Below are positions 24,170 to 35,670 of a stretch of 64,000 bases of DNA, one piece after another (positions within the stretch are counted from its first letter, which is position 1; each line of letters begins with the position of its first letter). The notes below the pieces were generated by a model. The model saw only the letters and a program-made list of their open reading frames with translations. It did not search any database and was not told the origin of the DNA. Source of the DNA: Macrostomum lignano. Lineage: Eukaryota. The stretch is taken from positions 1 through 64,000 of the forward strand of contig NIVC01003606.1 in NCBI GenBank assembly GCA_002269645.1, read 5' to 3'. A program made the translations under genes and the position numbers.

Positions 24170-24282
24170 CGCCTGTGCGTCTGCTTTCTGCCGCCTTTCC
24201 GCTTGCTGATGTGCGGGTTCTCCCGGCGCATCACCTTGGTCTTCAGAATCTCCAGCTGGGTGTACAGCCGCTTCAGCTCCGC
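24170..24282 (-). CDS. GPR158-like: GPR158-like, exon 10 (cytoplasmic helical segment)
   Basis: Encodes AELKRLYTQLEILKTKVMRRENPHISKRKGGRKQTHR, which resembles GPR158 DELKKLYAQLEIYKRKKMITNNPHL. cctgacag| and CG|gtgagg. Confidence 0.9.
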
Positions 24283-24304
24283 CTGTCAGGGGAATTCCAT
24301 GGGA

Positions 24305-25327
24305 TTAGAATGGTTCAGAATGGTTCAGGTATTGGTTCAGAATGATTCAGGTATTGGTTCAGAATGGTTCAGGTATTGGTTCAAAATGGTTCAGGTATTG
24401 GTTCAGAATGATTCAGGTATTGGTTCAGAATGGTTCAGGTATTGGTTCAAAATGATTCAGGTATTGGTTTAGAATGATTCAGGTATTGGTTCAGAATGGT
24501 TCAGGTATTGGTTCAAAATGATTCAGGTATTGGTTCAGAATGATTCAGGTATTGGTTCAGAATGATTCAGGTATTGACTCAGAATGATTCAGGTATTGAC
24601 TTAGAATGATTCAGGTATTGGTTCAGAATGATTCAGGTATTGGTTCAGAATGATTCAGGTATTGACTCAGAATGATTCAGGTATTGACTCAGAATGATTC
24701 AGGTATTGGTTCAGAATGATTCAGGTATTGGTTCAGAATGATTCAGGCATTGACTCAGAATGATTCAGGTATTGGTTCAGAATGATTCAGGTATTGACTC
24801 AGAATGATTCAGGTATTGACTCAGAATGATTCAGGTATTGGTTCAGAATGATTCAGGTATTGGTTCAGAATGATTCAGGTATTGGTTCAGAATGGTTCAG
24901 GTATTGGTTCAAAATGATTCAGGTATTGGTTCAGAATGATTCAGGTATTGGTTCAGAATGGTTCAGGTATTGGTTCAGAATGATTCAGGTATTGGTTCAG
25001 AATGATTCAGGTATTGGTTCAGAATGATTCAGGTATTGGTTCAGAATGATTCAGGCATTGACTCAGAATGATTCAGGTATTGACTCAGAATGATTCAGGT
25101 ATTGACTCAGAATGATTCAAATATTGGTTCAGAATGTTTCAAATATTGGTTCAGAATGATTCACATGTTGGTTCAGAATGATTCAGGTATTGGTTCAGAA
25201 TGATTCAGGTATTGGTTCAGAATGATTCAGGTATTGGTTCAGAATGGTTCAGGTATTGGTTCAGAATGGTTCAGGTATTGACTCAGAATGATTCAGGTAT
25301 TGGTTCAGAATGGTTCAGGTATTGGTT
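24305..25327. repeat. Minisatellite, 22-bp unit (AATGATTCAGGTATTGGTTCAG)
   Basis: Tandem array. Confidence 0.96.
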
Positions 25328-25374
25328 AAGAATGATTTATTAACGATTTCAAGGCATGATTCAAGCATGATTAA

Positions 25375-27835
25375 CAGTAGGAATACCAAGCCATTTTTCC
25401 GCCCGTCGAACTACCAAGGGAGGGGGGGAAAATTCCCCCCCCCTGACAAATTTTTTTGCTGCGCCGGAACGGAGCAACGCAGACACACAAAATTCAAGAA
25501 CACGGGCTAACTTTTTGTTGCGCACCTTCTCAAACAAGAATCAAGTCGCCAGCCCTCCGGACCGTCGAGATATTCGACGATTCTGCCAGAAGGTCGGATT
25601 TTTCCCATAAGCGCTAGTGTATTCAGTACACCCCTGTGCGCCAATCAGCACTGCGCCTCAGTGCAGCCTTGCCAAGTCTCCAAATTTCATCAGCACGTCG
25701 ACCACATGTGTCTGCATCAGCTCTGACTTCGTTGGTCACTAGCCTTCACCCAGGCGGAGCTTCTGGACCTTCAACAGGTGGCACCAAGTGACTATGGACA
25801 CTCTGATACGAATTTCTCGAGTTTCGCTGATCAAGCCTCGACAGTGGGCATACCTCAACTGCTAGGTATCCTCAGCTAGTCTCTCGAGCCTTCCATCATC
25901 ACCCCGACGCCGTCGGCACCTTCAACGGATTACACCAGGTGACTATGAACACCCTGATGCAAATTTCTCTAGTTTCGCTGATCAAGCCTTGCCAATGGGC
26001 AAGCCTCAACCGCGGAACATCTTCAGCTAGTCTCTCAAGCATTCAGTCATCACTCGGACGCCGTCGGCACCTTCAACAGATGACACCAGGCGACTATGAA
26101 CACCCTGATGCAAATTTCTCGAGTTTCACCGATCAAGCCTCGACAGTAGGCAAGCCTCAACTGCCGGACACCCTCAGCTAGTCTCTCAAGCATTCCGTCA
26201 TCATCCCGACGTCGTCGGCTCCTTCAACAGATTACACCAGCTGACTATGGACAGCCTGATAATAATTTCTCTAATTTCGCTGATCAAGCCTCGATAGTGG
26301 GCAAAAATCAACTGCTGGACATCCTCAGCTAGTCTCTCAAGCATTCCGTCATCATCCCGACGCCGTCGGCTCCTTCAACAGATTACACCAGCTGACTATG
26401 GACAGCCTGATAATAATTTTTCTAATTTCGCTGATCAAGCTTCAATATTGGGCAAACCTCAACTGCTGGACATCCTCAGCTAGTCAGTCAAGCATTCCGT
26501 CATCACCCCGACGCCGTCGGCACCTTCAACAGGTGGCACCAGGGGAGTAATGACACCTGAGCGTGATTTTTCATCATGCTCTTAACATTTCTGAAGCTCT
26601 CAAAATTTTTCAAGCACGGAAATTGCTATAGTTATGCTTGTTGCTGTATATTTATATTATTATTACACATACTTTTATGCATACGAGCTACATACATATT
26701 TTATTCGAAAAGCTGTTTAGTTTATTCAGCTATAATACTGAACCCAATGCAGAAAGGGTTATGCTTTAAAAAAGCCAGTAAATTCAGTCGGTTTTTTCAT
26801 TTTTTAATTATTATGATTCAGAAATGTTAAGAGCATGATGAAAAATCACGCTCACGTGTCATTACTCCCCTGGTGCCACCTGTTGAAGGTGCCGACGGCG
26901 TCGGGGTGATGACGGAATGCTTGACTGACTAGCTGAGGATGTCCAGCAGTTGATTTTTGCCCACTATCGAGGCTTGATCAGCGAAATTAGAGAAATTATT
27001 ATCAGGCTGTCCATAGTCAGCTGGTGTAATCTGTTGAAGGAGCCGACGGCGTCGGGATGATGACGGAATGCTTGAGAGACTAGCTGAGGGTGTCCGGCAG
27101 TTGAGGCTTGCCTACTGTCGAGGCTTGATCGGTGAAACTCGAGAAATTTGCATCAGGGTGTTCATAGTCGCCTGGTGTCATCTGTTGAAGGTGCCGACGG
27201 CGTCCGAGTGATGACTGAATGCTTGAGAGACTAGCTGAAGATGTTCCGCGGTTGAAGCTTGCCCATTGGCAAGGCTTGATCAGCGAAACTAGAGAAATTT
27301 GCATCAGGGTGTTCATAGTCACCTGGTGTAATCCGTTGAAGGTGCCGACGGCGTCGGGGTGATGATGGAAGGCTCGAGAGACTAGCTGAGGATACCTAGC
27401 AGTTGAGGTATGCCCACTGTCGAGGCTTGATCAGCGAAACTCGAGAAATTCGTATCAGAGTGTCCATAGTCACTTGGTGCCACCTGTTGAAGGTCCAGAA
27501 GCTCCGCCTGGGTGAAGGCTAGTGACCAACGAAGTCAGAGCTGATGCAGACACATGTGGTCGACGTGCTGATGAAATTTGGAGACTTGGCAAGGCTGCAC
27601 TGAGGTGAGTGTACTGAATACACTAGCGCTTATGGGAAAAATCCGACCTTCTGGCAGAATCGTCGAATATCTCGACGGTCCGGAGGGCTGGCGACTTGAT
27701 TCTTGTTTGAGAAGGTGCGCAACAAAAAGTTAGCCCGTGTTCTTGAATTTTGTGTGTCTGCGTTGCTCCGTTCCGGCGCAGCAAAAAAATTTGTCAGGGG
27801 GGGGGGAATTTCCCCCCCCCTTGGTAGTTCTACTG
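25375..27835. mobile_element. Foldback-type element: ~1.0-1.2-kb inverted arms with 151-bp subrepeats and a ~220-bp AT-rich spacer
   Basis: Arm 25375-26595 is the reverse complement of arm 26817-27835. Ends are TTAA-CAGTAG..CTACTG-TTAA. CCTTCAAC recurs at 25768, 25919, 26070, 26221, 26372 and 26523. Confidence 0.88.
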
Positions 27836-27929
27836 TTAAGGTGGGAGTGAGGTATACTTCAGGTGGGACCCAGCTAACTATGTTTTGGACCCTTGAAAAG
27901 ATTTTTAAACAGTTCAGAACGGTTCTCAC

Positions 27930-28100
27930 CCGAATATCCTCGGGATTCATGTCGCTGATGTTGGTTTCCAGAACTTCAACATCCCCGTTAGACGCGATGG
28001 CCATTGGGTTCATTGCCTCGCCCAGGTTGGCGTCCACCTGCGAGTACATCAGGCTGCGACTGTTTACGGTGCTCCTTGGCGGGCTGTGCACGTACCACAG
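27930..28100 (-). CDS. GPR158-like: GPR158-like, exon 9
   Basis: Encodes LWYVHSPPRSTVN...ISDMNPEDIR. ttccag| and CGG|gtgaga, phase 0-0. Confidence 0.85.
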
Positions 28101-28194
28101 CTGGAACAGTCGAGAGGTGGAAGGTGGAAATTACTGGTCAGGCTTGGATTAAATAGGGTCTCCGGTTCCTTGAATTTGTGTTACTGGTTTCTTA

Positions 28195-28500
28195 GAATAA
28201 ATTTACCGATTTCTTAGAATCAACGCACCGATTTCTTAGAAACAAAACACGGATTTCTTAGAATCAAAACACCGATTTCTTAGAATCAAAACACCGATTT
28301 CTTAGAATCAAGTCACCGATTTCTTAGAATCAACTCACTGGTTTCTTTGAATCAATTCACTGATTTCTTAGAATTAAGCCACTGATTTCTTATAAAAATT
28401 GAATCACTTCGGAGCGTACTCGTATCAATGATATCTCTAGAGTAAATTAACTGATTCTCCAAGATTGAGCCACTGATTCTCAGACTACTTACTCACCGAT
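28195..28500. repeat. Degenerate minisatellite (CACCGATTTCTTAGAATCAA-like)
   Basis: Tandem array. Confidence 0.8.
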
Positions 28501-28570
28501 TCCCATTAAATTATCAAACATTCCATAACTTTATGAAGAAATTTTTGTCCACCAATCCAATCGCACTCAC

Positions 28571-28676
28571 CCGCGGCCCCAGGACCAGAGCAGCCGTGAC
28601 AGTGACAGTGGCGTGGCAGCGGCCAAAATACATCAGGTAGACGTAGTCAGGGTGCAGACTGGTCTGTACAAAGTGC
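28571..28676 (-). CDS. GPR158-like: GPR158-like, exon 8 (TM7)
   Basis: Encodes HFVQTSLHPDYVYLMYFGRCHATVTVTAALVLGPR, matching the GPR158 TM7 pattern YF.HTHLTVTVT.GLLL.PK. Confidence 0.9.
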
Positions 28677-28744
28677 CTGTTGCGAAACAGAATCGGGTTT
28701 TTGCTCGGATTGCCGCCAGTCACTTTCCTTCACTTTCTAAGTTT

Positions 28745-28965
28745 CCTAAGACACATTTCGGCGCCATCAAAGACACATTTAACCCCCCCCCCCCCGAGAC
28801 ACATTTCAGCATCATCAAAGACACGATAAAACCTCTCAGAGACACATTTCGGCGCTATCAAAGACACGATAAAACCTCTCAGAGACACATTTCGGCGCCA
28901 TCAAAGACACGATAAAATCTCTAAGCGACACATTTCGGCGCCATCAAAGACACAATTAAAGCCCG
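28745..28965. repeat. Minisatellite, ~40-bp unit (AGACACATTTCGGCGCCATCAAAGACACGATAAAACC)
   Basis: Tandem array. Confidence 0.85.
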
Positions 28966-29028
28966 CAAAGACACAATAACACGCAAGCCACATGATCCGT
29001 GCAAACAGCGGCAGCCGCCCGGACGCAC

Positions 29029-29167
29029 CTGGCCACATGGTAGGCCAAGGACACGCAGAGCTCCAGCGCCAGGGCGGCGGTGATGCAGCGAACCTCGCCG
29101 CAGTCGGACGGCGCCGACCGCACGCAGTAGCAATAAAACAGGCCGAACGCCAGGAAGACCAACTCGC
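29029..29167 (-). CDS. GPR158-like: GPR158-like, exon 7 (TM5-TM6)
   Basis: Encodes ELVFLAFGLFYCYCVRSAPSDCGEVRCITAALALELCVSLAYHVAR. Splice phases are consistent. Confidence 0.9.
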
Positions 29168-29282
29168 CTGAGGCCAAAGGAGAGGGCAATCTCGGATATC
29201 AAAGTATGAAAATCCATACAGGGAATCCCAATTTTGAAATTCCCAAATTTTAAATTCCTAAATCGAAATTATGAATCGGCTT

Positions 29283-29478
29283 CCAGTCCCGAATCACAAG
29301 TCATGAATCCCAAGTACCGAATCCCAAGACCCAAATCCCAAGTCCCGAATCCCAAGTCCCGAATCCCAAGTCCCGAATCCCAAGTCCCGAATCCCAAGTC
29401 CCGAATCCCAAGTCCCGAATCCCAAGTCCCGAATCCCAAGTCCCGAATCCCAAGTCCCGAATCCCAAGTCCCGAATCC
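29283..29478. repeat. Minisatellite, 14-bp unit (TCCCAAGTCCCGAA)
   Basis: Tandem array next to a splice donor. Confidence 0.95.
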
Positions 29479-29493
29479 GGAGCCCGCACCTAC

Positions 29494-29774
29494 CGGCAGC
29501 GCAGACGGCCTCCCAGTAGCCGATGGCGCACACCCGGAAGCTCAAGTCGCTGTCGCTGTCAATCCGGCTGTCCTCCAGCAGCAGCTGTCCGGTGAGGGCC
29601 AACTGTCCGCAGCCGGTCTGTCCGGACAGCCGCCGGCCGTGGTCAAGTGTGGCCGCAGTCCAGGCCGCCATGAAGCCGGTGGCCACCGTGACGATGCCGC
29701 CCAGGTACTTCAACAGGTCGCGATCTCGGACGTGGACTCGGTGGGCCTTGCGAGACTGAAAGCTGCACAGAATG
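29494..29774 (-). CDS. GPR158-like: GPR158-like, exon 6 (ICL2, TM4, ECL2)
   Basis: Encodes (R)ILCSFQSRKAHRVHVRDRDLLKYLGGIVTVATGFMAAWTA...CAIGYWEAVCAA. ttgcag|C and G|gtaggt. Confidence 0.88.
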
Positions 29775-29844
29775 CTGCAACGGGGGCGCGGGTTGACTGT
29801 TGGAAGCAGTGCGGTGAGCGGTAGATGGCCTGTGTCTGCAGCGT

Positions 29845-30600
29845 GACACGACCCGTGTCTATAGAGTGACACGTGAGCTGTGTCTATAGAGTGACATGAG
29901 CGGTGTCTATAGAGTGACATGAGCGGTGTCTATAGAGTGACATGAGCGGTGTCTATAGAGTGACATGAGCGGTGTCTATAGAGTGACATGAGCGGTGTCT
30001 ATAGAGTGACATGAGCGTTGTCTATAGAGTGACATGAGCGGTGTCTATAGAGTGACATGAGCGGTGTCTATAGAGTGACATGAGCGGTGTCTATAGAGTG
30101 ACATGAGCGGTGTCTATAGAGTGACATGAGCGTTGTCTATAGAGTGACATGAGCGGTGTCTATAGAGTGACATGAGCGGTGTCTATAGAGTGACATGAGC
30201 GGTGTCTATAGAGTGACATGAGCGGTGTCTATAGAGTGACATGAGCGTTGTCTATAGAGTGACATGAGCGGTGTCTATAGAGTGACATGAGCGGTGTCTA
30301 TAGAGTGACATGAGCGGTGTCTATAGAGTGACATGAGCGGTGTCTATAGAGTGACATGAGCGGTGTCTATAGAGTGACATGAGCGGTGTCTATAGAGTGA
30401 CATGAGCGGTGTCTATAGAGTGACATGAGCGGTGTCTATAGAGTGACATGAGCGGTGTCTATAGAGTGACATGAGCGGTGTCTATAGAGTGACATGAGCG
30501 GTGTCTATAGTGACATGATCGGTGTCTATAGACTGACACAACCTGTGTCTATAGACTGACACAACCTGTGTCTATAGAGTGACACAACCTGTGTCTATAG
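29845..30600. repeat. Minisatellite, 23-bp unit (TCTATAGAGTGACATGAGCGGTG)
   Basis: Tandem array filling an intron. Confidence 0.96.
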
Positions 30601-30606
30601 ACTTAC

Positions 30607-30785
30607 CGATAAATCTTCACAACCAAAGTGCCGTAGGTAACGGCAAAGCCAATCTCTCTAAACCACGGTATCATAAAGCAGATTTCGTAGCTGGGCTGCA
30701 GGTACATCAGGAACACGGTTGCATACAGCATGGCCACGCCCAGCAAGAACAGCTCCAGCAGAATCCACACGGCAGCTTTTATCAC
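30607..30785 (-). CDS. GPR158-like: GPR158-like, exon 5 (TM2-TM3)
   Basis: Encodes VIKAAVWILLELFLLGVAMLYATVFLMYLQPSYEICFMIPWFREIGFAVTYGTLVVKIYR, matching GPR158 ILLE..L.G..LLY...W.R.LGFA..YGT..LK..R. Confidence 0.93.
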
Positions 30786-30879
30786 CTGAAATTTGACAGT
30801 TCCAGAACTCAATGAGTGATTGACTTTATAGCATCTATGGCTAAATTCGCTAAATTTTACGTCATAGACTAGGGAGGTC

Positions 30880-31490
30880 ACACAAAGACTAGTGATGACT
30901 TGGTCATACAGACCAGGCTGTTGGTCACACAGCCTAGTGAGTTGGTCACAAAAATGAGAGAGCTGGTCACAGATTTTAGACACTGGGTTGATCACAGATG
31001 TTAGACGCTGAGTTAGTCACACATGCTAGCGAGTTGGTCACACATGCTAGCGAGTTGGTCACACAGGCTAGAGATTGAGTTGGTCACACAGGCTAGAGAC
31101 TGAGTTGGTCACACAGGCTAGAGACTGAGTTGGTCACACAGGCTAGAGACTTAGTTGGTCACACAGGCTAGAGATTGAGTTGGTCACTCAGGCTAGCGAG
31201 TTGGTCACTCAGGCTAGCGAGTTGGTCACTCAGGCTAGCGAGTTGGTCACTCAGGCTAGCGAGTTGGTCACTCAGGCTAGCGAGTTGGTCACTCAGGCTA
31301 GCGAGTTGGTCACTCAGGCTAGCGAGTTGGTCACTCAGGCTAGCGAGTTGGTCACTCAGGCTAGCGAGTTGGTCACTCAGGCTAGCGAGTTGGTCACTCA
31401 GGCTAGCGAGTTGGTCACTCATGCTAGCGAGTTGGTCACTCAGGCTAGCGAGTTGGTCACTCAGGCTAGCGAGTTGGTCACACAGGCTGG
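30880..31490. repeat. Minisatellite, 21-bp unit (GAGTTGGTCACTCAGGCTAGC)
   Basis: Tandem array filling an intron. Confidence 0.96.
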
Positions 31491-31518
31491 AGATTGCGTA
31501 CACGCTGTCATCTCTCAC

Positions 31519-31838
31519 CCGGTTCTTCCTGGCCCTGAACACAATCCCCGCGGTCAGCAGGCAGATGGTCATGAAGAAGGTCTGGACGATCAGCGGCACC
31601 GCCCTCAGCTTGTCCAAGTCGTACTTAATGAGACACCGGCCATCTGTGGCGCAGGAGTCCGGACAGGCGGCCGGGCAGGGGCCACACTCCATCCCCGAAT
31701 AGTTTGATGGCCGGCCATTCAGGTGCAGCAGGTACTGCTGCCTCACTTGCTCTCCGTGAAATTGCCATGGTGAAAGTACTTCCTGCACTTGCACATGAAG
31801 TTCTGGTCGGTGAAACCCATGCCTGGAATGTGCGAGCA
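31519..31838 (-). CDS. GPR158-like: GPR158-like, exon 4 (EGF-like/Cys-rich region and TM1), with an apparent 1-nt frameshift
   Basis: Encodes CSHIPGMGFTDQNFMCKCRKYF / SPWQFHG...CGPCPAACPDSCATDGRC...IVFRARKNR. The exon is 320 nt and needs one extra base near 31773-31775 to stay in frame. Confidence 0.85.
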
Positions 31839-31859
31839 CTGGGGGAGGGGTGGGGGAGG

Positions 31860-32422
31860 TGAGACTATCTGATGGGGTGAGACTAGACTATCTGAAGGGG
31901 TGAGACTAGACTATCTGATGGGGTGAGACTAGACTATCTGATGGGTTGAGACTAGACTATCTGATGGGGTGAGACTAGACTATCTGATGGGTTGAGACTA
32001 GACTATCTGATGGGGTGAGACTAGACTATCTGATGGGTTGAGACTAGACTATCTGATGGGGTGAGACTAGACTATCTGATGGGGTGAGACTTTCTGATGA
32101 GGGTGAGACTATCTGATGGGAAGGTGAGACTATCTGATAGGGAGGTGAGACTATCTGATGGGAAGGTGAGACTATCTGATAGGGAGGTGAGACTATCCGA
32201 TGGGGGTGAGACTATCTGATGGGGAGGTGAGACAATCCGATGGGGGTGAGACTATCTGATAGGGAGGTGAGACTATCCGATGGGGGTGAGACTATCTGAT
32301 GGGGAGGTGAGACTATCCGATGGGGTGAGACTATCTGATGGGAGGTGAAACTATCTGATGGGAAGGTGAGACTATCTGATGGGAGGTGAAACTATCTGAT
32401 GGGGGTTGAGACTATCTGATGG
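31860..32422. repeat. Minisatellite, ~20-23-bp unit (GAGACTAGACTATCTGATGGGGT)
   Basis: Tandem array. Confidence 0.93.
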
Positions 32423-32692
32423 GGATAGTATGGGAGTCTTCGGGAATGCAGGATGACGGGTTTAGTGTAAAAGTACACCACAGAGAATGAGGTGCGGTCA
32501 GGACGCTGAAGCGCGTTAATAATCACAGGGAACTGGATTCTTCGGGAAGCCTTTTCCTTTGCAGGGGATTATTGTCATGGGATTTGAAATTGCGGCCTGA
32601 CCAAGCCGCGACAGCAGACAGGATGCCTGTGAGATGATGGCTGGCAAAATTCCTATAGGGAAACTGAGTCAGCTACTCCCGACCCTGGATAC

Positions 32693-32807
32693 CTCGGTAG
32701 TTGCCTGGTTGCACACATCGTTAGCGTAGAATGAGCCGAATGTGCTGTCATTGAGGCACTGGTTCACCTCGAGCTCGTTGATGTCGAACTCCAGCACTAT
32801 CCAGCCT
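32693..32807 (-). CDS. GPR158-like: GPR158-like, exon 3
   Basis: Encodes (K)GWIVLEFDINELEVNQCLNDSTFGSFYANDVCNQATTE, with the D.NQC motif. ttgcag|A and GAG|gtatcc. Confidence 0.85.
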
Positions 32808-32877
32808 CTGCAATGGGCGGTAGTGTTTGAGATCTTACATTTTTTAAATATAGTGCAAAGCAAACAGAGATATAAAC

Positions 32878-33345
32878 GGTGAGGAGAGAGGGAGAAGAGA
32901 GAATCGAAGGAGAGTAGATGAAGAGAGAAGAGAGGGGGAGTAGAGAGGGAGAGAAGAGAGGGAAAGTAGAGAAGGAGAGTAGATAGGGAGAGTAGATAGG
33001 GAGAGAAGAGAGGGAGAGTAGATAGGGAGAGCAGAGAGGGAGAGTAGATAGGGAGAGTAGATAGGGAGAGTAGATAGGGAGAGAAGAGAGGGAGAGTGGA
33101 GAGGGAGAGTAGAGAGGGAGAGTAGAGAGAGAGAGAAGGGGGAGAGTAGAGAGGGAGAGAAGAGAGGGAGAGTAGATAGGGAGAGTAGAGAGGGAGAGTA
33201 GATAGGGAGAGTAGAGAGGGAGAGTAGATAGGGAGAGTAGAGAGGGAGAGTAGATAGGGAGAGAAGTGGGAGAACGGAGGGAGTAGCGAGGGAGAGTAGA
33301 GAGGGAGAGAAGGGGGAGAGTAGAGAGGGAGAGAAGGGAGGAATA
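32878..33345. repeat. AG-rich low-complexity satellite (GGGAGAGTAGA)
   Basis: Tandem purine-rich array. Confidence 0.93.
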
Positions 33346-33909
33346 TTATGGAGAGTTGCAGGGAGCAGACGCACGGGCATCTCAACACCCTGCCATGAAG
33401 CGTGCAGCGGCCGTCACAAGCCATTAGAATCAGGTCGATGCCCATGGTGAGAATGATCAGATAAAGAGCGCAGAGAGCAGCCCAGAGAGCAGTGCAAACA
33501 CAGAAGCGTTCAATCAATGCGCATTGATTTGGCAGCCAGTGGCGGCCAGCCTGTCTGATTGATAATCAGAGCCGCCCTGTGCCAAATCACGTGCACTGGA
33601 AGCCTTCAAAGGGGGGTCCCTGATCGTCTTTGTGTGCGCGCAGGCGTCTTATCTCAGCGCCAGCTGGTGGGTGCTGTTGGGAATTTCTGCGGTTTGAAGA
33701 CTTCTTTTATCTGGGTAAGCACGCTGGGGAGTTCAACCGGGAGAGAGAGAGAGGGAGAAGAAAACTTTGAGAAGTGGGAGAATTCGACCAGGCGCAGTTA
33801 TATGATTGGCATTGGATAAAATTTTGCCTTGATCTTTGCCGCTATGTCGCATGCCGACTTGGAGAGGGGCCAAAGTGGCTTTGGAGATTGCAAAGTTTAG
33901 GAATCCTGA

Positions 33910-34692
33910 ATTTTGGGGATCGTGAATCTAGAGAATGGTGAATCTCGGGGAATCGTAAATCTCGGGGGGTCGTGAATCTCGGGGGATCGTGAATCTCGGG
34001 GATCGTAAATCTCGGGTGGGGATCGTGAATCTCGGGTGGGGATCGTGAATCTCGTGAGATCGTGAATCTAGAGAATAGTGAATCTCGGGGGATCATGAAT
34101 CTCGGGTGGGGATCGTGAATCTAGGGAATAGTGAATCTCGGGGATCGTGAATCTCGGGTGGGGATCGTGAATCTCGGTGGAGATCGTGAATCTAGAGAAT
34201 AGTGAATCTCGGGGGATCATGAATCTCGGGTGGAGATCGTGAATCTAGAGAATAGTGAATCTCGGGGATCGTGAATCTCGGGTGGAGATCGTGAATCTAG
34301 AGAATAGTGAATCTCGGGGGATCGTGAATCTCGTGAGATCGTGAATCTAGAGAATAGTGAATCTCGGGGGATCATGAATCTCGGGTGGGGATCGTGAATC
34401 TAGAGAATAGTGAATCTCGGGGATCGTGAATCTCGGGTGGGGATCGTGAATCTCGAGTGGAGATCGTGAATCTAGAGAATAGTGAATCTCGGGGAATCGT
34501 AAATCTCGGGGGGATCGTGAATCTCGGGTGGGGATCGTGAATCTAGAGAATAGTGAATCTCGGGGATCGTGAATCTCGGGTGGGGATCGTGAATCTCGAG
34601 TGGAGATCGTGAATCTCGGGTGGGGATCGTGAATCTCGAGGGATCGTGAATCCCGGGGGATCGTGAATCCCGGGGGATTGTGAATCTCGGGA
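33910..34692. repeat. Minisatellite (GATCGTGAATCTCGGG variants)
   Basis: Tandem array; the same motif resumes at 35115-35397. Confidence 0.93.
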
Positions 34693-34734
34693 CATTTAAC
34701 CATGTGAACGGAAAGTGTACCCGAGGTGACTCAC

Positions 34735-35069
34735 TTCACAGCCAGCGAGCGGGGCTGGCCGCTGAGGAAGGGCACAGCGTAGGAGAACAGCCAGCGGCCC
34801 AGACGGCACACAAACACGGGCGGGTTCCAGAAGCCCTCGGCCTCTGTCACCACCTTCACCTGACCGCCCAAGCCGCCGTCCTCGCCGCGGGTGTCCAGCA
34901 GCCGCAGCAGGCCGGAAGTAAACGGCTGCAGGTATGTCTGGTCCTTCATCCTCATCCGCTGGCTCGGACGGCTGGCAACCCGCTGGGCAATTTGATGGCT
35001 CTGCTGCCGCCCCAGCCATTCGAACCCGGGCTCCAGCAGGTCGGGGCGCGGCGGGCCCGCTATGGACAC
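34735..35069 (-). CDS. GPR158-like: GPR158-like, exon 2 (Cache-like extracellular domain)
   Basis: Encodes VSIAGPPRPD...GFWNPPVFVCRLGRWLFSYAVPFLSGQPRSLAVK, with the W..P...C...WL..Y..PF Cache-type motif. tcaccag| and AA|gtgagt. Confidence 0.82.
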
Positions 35070-35114
35070 CTGGTGAGAGTCAGGTGGCTCAGGTTACACT
35101 GTCGCCTGTATTAT

Positions 35115-35397
35115 TCGTGAATCTAGAGGGCGGGGGTGTGAATCTATGGGGATCGTGAATCTAGAGGGGATCGTGAATCTCGGGGATCGTGAATCTCGGG
35201 GGATCGTGAATCTCGGGGATCGTGAATCTCGGGGGATCGCGAATCTCGGGGGATCGCGAATCTCGGGGGATCGCGAATCTTGGGGTATCGGGAATCTCGA
35301 GGATCATGAATCTCGGGGATCGTGAATCTCGGGGGATCGCGAATCTTGGGGGATCGTGAATCTCGGGGATCGTGAATCTCGGGGGATCGCGAATCTC
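35115..35397. repeat. Minisatellite (GATCGTGAATCTCGGG variants)
   Basis: Tandem array. Confidence 0.9.
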
Positions 35398-35399
35398 TA

Positions 35400-35650
35400 T
35401 ATTACAATATATCCCTATATTACACTGTGCCTGTATTACACTGTGCTTGTATTACACTGCGCTTGTATTACACTGTGCCTGTATTACACTGTGCCTGCAT
35501 TACACTGTGCCTATATTACACTGTGCCTATATTACACTGTGCCTGTATTACACTGTGCTTGTATTACACTGTGCTTGTATTACACTGTGCTTGTATTACA
35601 CTGTGCTTGTATTACACTGTGCTTGTATTACACTGTGCCTGTATTACACT
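35400..35650. repeat. Minisatellite, 16-bp unit (GTATTACACTGTGCTT)
   Basis: Tandem array. Confidence 0.93.
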
Positions 35651-35670
35651 CCGCCCACGTCGCCCCTCAC

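Noticed and set aside
25768-26530. Regular repeats as a CRISPR array
   Set aside because: The context is eukaryotic, the units are contiguous 151-bp tandem copies with no unique spacers, and no cas genes are present.
33370-33520. Hydrophobic minus-strand segment as an extra GPCR exon
   Set aside because: Exons 2 and 3 already join in phase (AA|A) without it, and no convincing splice sites flank it.
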